From the human T2T-CHM13v2.0 reference genome, Homo sapiens, in NCBI RefSeq assembly GCF_009914755.1, contig NC_060933.1: a stretch of DNA of 64,000 nucleotides; one strand, 5' to 3'. The notes beneath the pieces are model-generated. The model made no database searches, had not been told where the DNA came from, and saw only the letters and a program-made list of their open reading frames with translations. Each line of letters opens with the position of its first letter. Within the stretch, counting starts at the first letter, position 1. Both the position numbers and the translations under genes were made by a program. Of this stretch, positions 55,362-64,000 are shown in pieces.

Positions 55362-57913
55362 CATTCTCAGAAACTTGTTTGTGATGTGTGTATTCAACTA
55401 ACAGAGATGAACCTTTCTTTTTACAGAGCAGTTTTGAAACACTCTTTTTGTGGAATCTGAAAGTGGATATTTGGATAGCTTTGAGGATTTCGTTGGAAAC
55501 GGGATTACATATAAAACCTAGAGAGAAGCATTCTCAGGAACTTCTTTGTGATGTTTGCCTTCAAGTCACAGGACTGAACATTCCCTTTCATAGAGCAGGT
55601 TTGAAACACTCTTTCTGTAGTATCTGCAAGCTGACGTTTCAAGCGCTTTCAGGCCTATGGTGAGAAAGGAAATATCTTCAAGTAAAAACTAGACAGAAGC
55701 ATTCTCAGAAACTTATTTGCCATGTGTGTTCTCAACTAACAGAGTTGAACCTTTGTTTTGATACGGCATTTTGGAAACACTCTTTTTGTAGAATCTGCAG
55801 GTGGATATTCGGATAGCTTTGAAGGTTTCGTTGGAAACGGGAATATCTTCATATAAAATCTTGACGGAAGCATTCTCAGAAACTGCTTTGTGATGTTTTC
55901 ATTCAAGTCACAGAGTAGAATCTTCCCTGTTATATACCAGGTTTCAGACACTCTTTCTGCACTACCTGGAAGTGGACATTTGCAGCGCTTTGAGGCCTAT
56001 GATGAAAAAGGAAATATCTTCCCATAAAAACTAGACAGAAGCATTCTCAGAAACTTGTTTGTGATGTGTGTATTCAACTAACAGAGATGAACCTTTCTTT
56101 TTACAGAGCAGTTTTGAAACACTCTTTTTGTGGAATCTGAAAGTGGATATTTAGATAGCTTTGAGGATTTCGTTGGAAACGGGATTACATATAAAATCTA
56201 GAGAGAAGCATTCTCAGGAACTTCTTTGTGATGTTTGCATTCACGTCACAGAACTGAACATTCCCTTTCATAGAGCATGTTTGAAACACTCTTTCTGTAG
56301 TATCTGCAAACGGACATTTCAAACGCTTTCAGGCCTATGGTGAGAAAGGAAATATCTTCAAATAAAAACTAGACAGAAGCATTCTCAGAAACTTATTTGC
56401 GATGTGTGTCCTCAACTAACAGAGTTGAACCTTTCTTTTGATACAACATTTTGGAAACACTCTTTTTGTGGAATCTGCAAGTGGATATTTGGATAGCTTT
56501 GAAGGTTTCGTTGGAAACGGGAATATCTTCATATAAAATCAAGACAGAAGCATTCTCAGAAACTTCTCTGTGATGTTTGCATTCAACTCATAGAGTTGAA
56601 CACTTCCCTTCATACAGCAGGTTTGAAACACTCTTTTTGTAATATTTGGAAGTGGACATTTGCAGCGCTTTGAGGCCTATGATGAAAAAGGTAATATCTT
56701 CCCATAAAAACTAGACAGAAGCATTCTCAGAAACTTGTTTGTGATGTGTGTATTCAACTAACAGAGATGAACCTTTCTTTTTACAGAGCAGTTTTGAAAC
56801 ACTCTTTTTGTGGAATCTGAAAGTGGATATTTGGATAGCTTTGCGGATTTCGTTGGAAACGGGATTACATATAAAATCTAGGGAGAAGCATTCTCAGGAA
56901 CTTCTTTGTGATGTTTGCATTCAAGTCACAGAACTGAACATTCCCTTTCATAGAGCAGGTTTGAAACACTCTTTCTGTAGTATCTGCAAGCGGACGTTTT
57001 AAGCGCTTTCAGGCCTGTGGTGAGAAAGGAAATATCTTCAAATAAAAACTAGACAGAAGCATTCTCAGAAACTTATTTGCGATGTGTGTCCTCAACTAAC
57101 AGAGTTGAACCTTTCTTTTGATACAACATTTTGGAAACACTCTTTTTGTAGAATCTGCAAGTGGATATTTGGATAGCTTTGAAGGTTTCGTTGGAAACGG
57201 GAATATCTTCATATGAAATCAAGACAGAAGCATTCTCAGAAACTTCTCTGTGATGTTTGCATTCAACTCATAGAGTTGAACACTTCCCTTCATACAGCAG
57301 GTTTGAAACACTCTTTTTCTAATATTTGGAAGTGGACATTTGCAGCGCTTTGAGGCCTATGTTGAAAAAGGAAATATCTTCTCCTAAAAACCAGACAGAA
57401 GCATTCTCAGAAACTTCCTTGTGATGTGTGTACTCAAGTAACAGAGTTGAACCTTCCTTTTGACAGAGCAGTTTTGAAGCACTCTTTTTGTAGAATCTGC
57501 AAGTGGATATTTTGATACCATTGAGGATTTCGTTGGACACGGGATATCTTCATATAAAATCTAGACAGAAGCATTCTCAGAAACTTCTTTGTGCTGTATG
57601 TCCTCAATTAACAGAGTTGAACCTTTGTGTGGATACAGCATTTTGGAAACATTCCTTTAGTAGAATCTGCAAGTTGATATTTAGATAGCTAGGAAGAGTT
57701 CCTTGGAAACGGGAATATCTTCATATAAAATCTAGACGGAAGCATTCTCAGAAAGTGCTTTGTGATGTTTGCATTCAAGTCACAAAGTTGAATATTCCCT
57801 TTTATAGAGCAGGTTTGAAACACTCTTTCTGCACTACCTGGAAGTGGACATTTGGAGCGCTTTGAGGCCTATGTTGAAAAAGGAAATATTTTCCCATAAA
57901 AACTAGACAGAAG
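55362..57913 (+). repeat. 15-mer HOR, 2552 bp
   Basis: T1, T3, T4 + trimer. Confidence 0.92.
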
Positions 57914-59785
57914 CATTCTCAGAAACTTGTTTGTGATGTGTGTATTCAACTAACAGAGATGAACCTTTCTTTTTACAGAGCAGTTTTGAAACACTCTTTT
58001 TGTGGAATCTGAAAGTGGATATTTGGATAGCTTTGAGGATTTCGTTGGAAACGGGATTACATATAAAACCTAGAGAGAAGCATTCTCAGGAACTTCTTTG
58101 TGATGTTTGCATTCAAGTCACAGAACTGAACATTCCCTTTCATAGAGCAGGTTTGAAACACTCTTTCTGTAGTATCTGCAAGCTGACGTTTCAAGCGCTT
58201 TCAGGCCTATGGTGAGAAAGGAAATATCTTCAAGTAAAAACTAGACAGAAGCATTCTCAGAAACTTATTTGCGATGTGTGTTCTCAACTAACAGAGTTGA
58301 ACCTTTGTTTTGATATGGCATTTTGGAAACACTCTTTTTGTAGAATCTGCAGGTGGATATTCGGATAGCTTTGAAGGTTTCGTTGGAAACGGGAATATCT
58401 TCATATAAAATCTAGACGGAAGCATTCTCAGAAACTGCTTTGTGATGTTTTCATTCAAGTCACAGAGTAGAATGTTCCCTGTTATATACCAGGTTTGAGA
58501 CACTCTTTCTGCACTACCTGGAAGTGGACATTTGCAGCGCTTTGAGGCCTATGATGAAAAAGGAAATATCTTCCCATAAAAACTAGACAGAAGCATTCTC
58601 AGAAACTTGTTTGTGATGTGTGTATTCAACTAACAGAGATGAACCTTTCTTTTTACAGAGCAGTTTTGAAACACTCTTTTTGTGGAATCTGAAAGTGGAT
58701 ATTTGGATAGCTTTGAGGATTTCGTTGGAAACGGGATTACATATAAAATCTAGAGAGAAGCATTCTCAGGAACTTCTTTGTGATGTTTGCATTCACGTCA
58801 CAGAACTGAACATTCCCTTTCATAGAGCATGTTTGAAACACTCTTTCTGTAGTATCTACAAACGGACATTTCAAACGCTTTCAGGCCTATGGTGAGAAAG
58901 GAAATATCTTCAAATAAAAACTAGACAGAAGCATTCTCAGAAACTTATTTGCGATGTGTGTCCTCAACTAACAGAGTTGAACCTTTCTTTTGATACAACA
59001 TTTTGGAAACACTCTTTTTGTAGAATCTGCAAGTGGATATTTGAATAGCTTTGAAGGTTTTGTTGGAAACGGGAATATCTTCATATAAAATCAAGACAGA
59101 AGCATTCTCAGAAACTTCTCTGTGATGTTTGCATTCAACTCATAGAGTTGAACACTTCCCTTCATACAGCAGGTTTGAAACACTCTTTTTGTAACATTTG
59201 GAAGTGGACATTTGCAGCGCTTTGAGGCCTATGTTGAAAAAGGAAATATCTTCTCCTAAAAACCAGACAGAAGCATTCTCAGAAACTTCCTTGTGATGTG
59301 TGTACTCAAGTAACAGAGTTGAACCTTCCTTTTGACAGAGCAGTTTTGAAGCACTCTTTTTGTAGAATCTGCAAGTGGATATTTTGATACCTTTGAGGAT
59401 TTCGTTGGACACGGGATATCTTCATATAAAATCTAGACAGAAGCATTCTCAGAAACTTCTTTGTGCTGTATGTCCTCAATTAACAGAGTTGAACCTTTGT
59501 GTGGATACAGCATTTTGGAAACATTCCTTTAGTAGAATCTGCAAGTAGATATTTAGATAGCTAGGAAGATTTCCTTGGAAACGGGAATATCTTCATATAA
59601 AATCTAGACGGAAGCATTCTCAGAAAGTGCTTTGTGATGTCTTCATTCAAGTCACAGAGTAGAATGTTCCCTTTTATAGAGCAGGTTTGAAACACTCTTT
59701 CTGCACTACCCGGAAGTGGACATTTGGAGCGCTTTGAGGCCTATGTTGAAAAAGGAAATATCTTCCCATAAAAACTAGACAGAAG
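57914..59785 (+). repeat. 11-mer HOR, 1872 bp, with many private SNVs
   Basis: 2 tetramers + trimer at 59274. Confidence 0.9.
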
Positions 59786-61999
59786 CATTCTCAGAAAATT
59801 ATTTGCGATGTGTGTTCTCAACTAACAGAGTTGAACCTTTGTTTTGATATGGCATTTTGGAAACACTCTTTTTGTAGAATCTGCAGGTGGATATTCGGAT
59901 AGCTTTGAAGGTTTCGTTGGAAACGGGAATATCTTCATATAAAATCTAGACGGAAGCATTCTCAGAAACTGCTTTGTGATGTTTTCATTCAAGTCACAGA
60001 GTAGAATGTTCCCTGTTATATACCAGGTTTGAGACACTCTTTCTGCACTACCTGGAAGTGGACGTTTGGAGCGCTTTGAGGCCTATGTTGAAAAAGGAAA
60101 TATCTTCCCATAAAAACTAGACAGAAGCATTCTAAGAAACTTGTTTGTGATGTGTGTATTCAACTAACAGAGATGAACCTTTCTTTTTACAGAGCAGTTT
60201 TGAAACACTCTTTTTGTGGAATCTGAAAGTGGATATTTGGGTAGCTTTGAGGATGTCGTTGGAAACGGGATTACATATAAAACCTAGAGAGAAGCATTCT
60301 CAGGAACTTCTTTGTGATGTTTGCATTCAAGTCACAGAACTCAACATTCCCTTTCATAGAGCAGGTTTGAAACACTCTTTCTGTAGTATCTGCAAGCTGA
60401 CGTTTCAAGCGCTTTCAGGCCTATGGTGAGAAAGGAAATATCTTCAAGTAAAAACTAGACAGAAGCATTCTCAGAAACTTATTTGCGATGTGTGTTCTCA
60501 ACTAACAGAGTTGAACCTTTGTTTTGATATGGCATTTTGGAAACACTCTTTTTGTAGAATCTGCAGGTGGATATTCGGATAGCTTTGAAGGTTTCGTTGG
60601 AAACGGGAATATCTTCATATAAAATCTTGACGGAAGCATTCTCAGAAACTGCTTTGTGATGTTTTCATTCAAGTCACAGAGTAGAATGTTCCCTGTTATA
60701 TACCAGGTTTGAGACACTCTTTCTGCACTACCTGGAAGTGGACATTTGCAGCGCTTTGAGGCCTATGATGAAAAAGGAAATATCTTCCCATAAAAACTAG
60801 ACAGAAGCATTCTCAGAAACTTGTTTCTGATGTGTGTATTCAACTAACAGAGATGAACCTTTCTTTTTACAGAGCAGTTTTGAAACACTCTTTTTGTGGA
60901 ATCTGAAAGTGGATATTTGGATAGCTTTGAGGATTTCGTTGGAAACGGGATTACATATAAAATCTAGAGAGAAGCATTCTCAGGAACTTCTTTGTGATGT
61001 TTGCATTCACGTCACAGAACTGAACATTCCCTTTCATAGAGCATGTTTGAAACACTCTTTCTGTAGTATCTGCAAACGGACATTTCAAACGCTTTCAGGC
61101 CTATGGTGAGAAAGGAAATATCTTCAAATAAAAACTAGACAGAAGCATTCTCAGAAACTTATTTGCGATGTGTGTCCTCAACTAACAGAGTTGAACCTTT
61201 CTTTTGATACAACATTTTGGAAACACTCTTTTTGTAGAATCTGCAAGTGGATATTTGAATAGCTTTGAAGGTTTCGTTGGAAACGGGAATATCTTCATAT
61301 AAAATCAAGACAGAAGCATTCTCAGAAACTTCTCTGTGATGTTTGCATTCAACTCATAGAGTTGAACACTTCCCTTCATACAGCAGGTTTGAAACACTCT
61401 TTTTCTAATATTTGGAAGTGGACATTTGCAGCGCTTTGAGGCCTATGTTGAAAAAGGAAATATCTTCTCCTAAAAACCAGACAGAAGCATTCTCAGAAAC
61501 TTCCTTGTGATGTGTGTACTCAAGTAACAGAGTTGAACCTTCCTTTTGACAGAGCAGTTTTGAAGCACTCTTTTTGTAGAATCTGCAAGTGGATATTTTG
61601 ATACCTTTGAGGATTTCGTTGGACACGGGATATCTTCATATAAAATCTAGACAGAAGCATTCTCAGAAACTTCTTTGTGCTGTATGTCCTCAATTAACAG
61701 AGTTGAACCTTTGTGTGGATACAGCATTTTGGAAACATTCCTTTAGTAGAATCTGCAAGTTGATATTTAGATAGCTAGGAAGATTTCCTTGGAAACGGGA
61801 ATATCTTCATATAAAATCTAGACGGAAGCATTCTCAGAAAGTGCTTTGTGATGTTTGCATTCAAGTCACAGAGTTGAATATTCCCTTTTATAGAGCAGGT
61901 TTGAAACACTCTTTCTGCACTACCTGGAAGTGGACATTTGGAGCGCTTTGAGGCCTATGTTGAAAAAGGAAATATCTTCCCATAAAAACTAGACAGAAG
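59786..61999 (+). repeat. 13-mer HOR, 2214 bp (c-d dimer, T2, T3, trimer)
   Basis: g is followed directly by c at 59786; the next a is at 60128. Confidence 0.9.
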
Positions 62000-63871
62000 C
62001 ATTCTCAGAAACTTGTTTGTGATGTGTGTATTCAACTAACAGAGATGAACCTTTCTTTTTACAGAGCAGTTTTGAAACACTCTTTTTGTGGAATCTGAAA
62101 GTGGATATTTGGATAGCTTTGAGGATTTCGTTGGAAACGGGATTACATATAAAACCTAGAGAGAAGCATTCTCAGGAACTTCTTTGTGATGTTTGCCTTC
62201 AAGTCACAGGACTGAACATTCCCTTTCATAGAGCAGGTTTGAAACACTCTTTCTGTAGTATCTGCAAGCTGACGTTTCAAGCGCTTTCAGGCCTATGGTG
62301 AGAAAGGAAATATCTTCAAGTAAAAACTAGACAGAAGCATTCTCAGAAACTTATTTGAGATGTGTGTTCTCAACTAACAGAGTTGAACCTTTGTTTTGAT
62401 ATGGCATTTTGGAAACACTCTTTTTGTAGAATCTGCAGGTGGATATTCGGATAGCTTTGAAGGTTTCGTTGGAAACGGGAATATCTTCATATAAAATCAA
62501 GACAGAAGCATTCTCAGAAACTTCTCTGTGATGTTTGCATTCAACTCATAGAGTTGAACACTTCCCTTCATACAGCAGGTTTGAAACACTCTTTTTGTAA
62601 TATTTGGAAGTGGACATTTGCAGCGCTTTGAGGCCTATGATGAAAAAGGAAATATCTTCCCATAAAAACTAGACAGAAGCATTCTCAGAAACTTGTTTGT
62701 GATGTGTGTATTCAACTAACAGAGATGAACCTTTCTTTTTACAGAGCAGTTTTGAAACACTCTTTTTGTGGAATCTGAAAGTGGATATTTGGATAGCTTT
62801 GCGGATTTCGTTGGAAACGGGATTACATATAAAATCTAGGGAGAAGCATTCTCAGGAACTTCTTTGTGATGTTTGCATTCAAGTCACAGAACTGAACATT
62901 CCCTTTCATAGAGCAGGTTTGAAACACTCTTTCTGTAGTATCTGCAAGCGGACGTTTTAAGCGCTTTCAGGCCTGTGGTGAGAAAGGAAATATCTTCAAA
63001 TAAAAACTAGACAGAAGCATTCTCAGAAACTTATTTGCGATGTGTGTCCTCAACTAACAGAGTTGAACCTTTCTTTTGATACAACATTTTGGAAACACTC
63101 TTTTTGTAGAATCTGCAAGTGGATATTTGGATAGCTTTGAAGGTTTCGTTGGAAACGGGAATATCTTCATATGAAATCAAGACAGAAGCATTCTCAGAAA
63201 CTTCTCTGTGATGTTTGCATTCAACTCATAGAGTTGAACACTTCCCTTCATACAGCAGGTTTGAAACACTCTTTTTGTAATATTTGGAAGTGGACATTTG
63301 CAGCGCTTTGAGGCCTATGTTGAAAAAGGAAATATCTTCTCCTAAAAACCAGACAGAAGCATTCTCAGAAACTTCCTTGTGATGTGTGTACTCAAGTAAC
63401 AGAGTTGAACCTTCATTTTGACAGAGCAGTTTTGAAGCACTCTTTTTGTAGAATCTGCAAGTGGATATTTTGATACCTTTGAGGATTTCGTTGGACACGG
63501 GATATCTTCATATAAAATCTAGACAGAAGCATTCTCAGAAACTTCTTTGTGCTGTATGTCCTCAATTAACAGAGTTGAACCTTTGTGTGGATACAGCATT
63601 TTGGAAACATTCCTTTAGTAGAATCTGCAAGTTGATATTTAGATAGCTAGGAAGATTTCCTTGGAAACGGGAATATCTTCATATAAAATCTAGACGGAAG
63701 CATTCTCAGAAAGTGCTTTGTGATGTTTGCATTCAAGTCACAGAGTTGAATATTCCCTTTTATAGAGCAGGTTTGAAACACTCTTTCTGCACTACCTGGA
63801 AGTGGACATTTGGAGCGCTTTGAGGCCTATGTTGAAAAAGGAAATATCTTCCCATAAAAACTAGACAGAAG
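62000..63871 (+). repeat. 11-mer HOR, 1872 bp (T1/T3-d hybrid, T4, trimer)
   Basis: 2 tetramers + trimer at 63360. Confidence 0.9.
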
Positions 63872-64000
63872 CATTCTCAGAAACTTGTTTGTGATGTGTG
63901 TATTCAACTAACAGAGATGAACCTTTCTTTTTACAGAGCAGTTTTGAAACACTCTTTTTGTGGAATCTGAAAGTGGATATTTGGATAGCTTTGAGGATTT

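Larger units (their letters stand above)
1..64000 (+). repeat. Alpha-satellite higher-order repeat array, SF2 (dimeric) type; candidate D9Z4 (chr9 centromere), alternative D4Z1
   Basis: Seen: ~171-bp monomers starting CATTCTCAG(A/G)AAC throughout, with TTTCGTTGGAAACGGGA and CTATG(G/T/A)TGA(G/A)AAAGGAA boxes alternating, near-identical HOR copies and one orientation. Alpha-satellite identity is certain. The chromosome assignment is inference from the 680-bp tetramer + 512-bp trimer (1192-bp 7-mer) architecture and recalled motifs (GGAGAAGCATTCTCAGGAA, CTGTAGTATCTGCAAGCGGAC), and needs BLAST or HOR-HMM confirmation (~0.7 for chr9). Confidence 0.99.

Noticed and set aside
615-63646. Recurring 60-91 aa ORFs (MYSTNR..., MSQTWY..., MSNEIL..., MDILIP..., MLYPHK...)
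   Set aside because: They are translations of alpha-satellite monomers that recur at the repeat period, mostly start at GTG/TTG, gain and lose stops at random, and show no domain or gene context. I used them only as positional markers.
1-64000. CRISPR-like or prokaryotic repeat system
   Set aside because: There are no unique spacers and no cas or other genes; the entire monomer is repeated and carries CENP-B boxes.
1-64000. Transposon insertion, inversion or non-satellite island
   Set aside because: Block accounting (70x680 + 24x512 + 4x851 + 342 + 240 + 129 - 3) equals 64000, all boxes are on the + strand, and I saw no poly-A, TSD or Alu/L1 sequence.
1-64000. Computationally simulated centromere model (GRCh38-style) rather than real sequence
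   Set aside because: Private variants stay linked over 4-9 kb duplications, which a short-memory monomer model would be unlikely to produce. It looks like a long-read assembly, though this is not provable here.
1-64000. Assignment to the D13Z1/D21Z1 or D8Z2 11-mers because of the ~1.87-kb units
   Set aside because: The length coincidence is insufficient. I saw no EcoRI GAATTC periodicity, and the monomer variants do not fit my recollection of those arrays; a database search is needed to settle it.

Overview
The whole 64 kb is one uninterrupted, single-orientation array of primate (most likely human) centromeric alpha satellite. It is ~171-bp monomers of the dimeric suprachromosomal family 2 type, with CENP-B-box monomers alternating with pJalpha-box monomers. 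It is best matched, from recall only, to the chromosome 9 array D9Z4, with the related chr4 D4Z1 as the alternative. There are no genes, transposons, RNA genes or inversions, and every ORF in the track is an artefact of the repeat. The array parses completely into three building blocks: a 680-bp tetramer a-b-c-d (167+171+171+171 bp, four subtypes I call T1-T4 plus hybrids), a 512-bp trimer e-f-g (170+171+171) and an 851-bp pentamer a-b-c-f-g. My manual count is 70 tetramers, 24 trimers, 4 pentamers, one c-d dimer, the two partial ends and three 1-bp deletions, which sums exactly to 64,000. These give higher-order repeats (HORs) of 11, 13, 15, 16, 19 and 23 monomers, themselves nested in local 3.9, 9.0, 4.4, 4.6 and 2.7 kb tandem duplications. 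I found no new biological system. The things worth a second look are structural: mappable recombination junctions, micro-conversion tracts, a systematically dead CENP-B box at each parity break, and a more diverged island near 57.8-60.9 kb.
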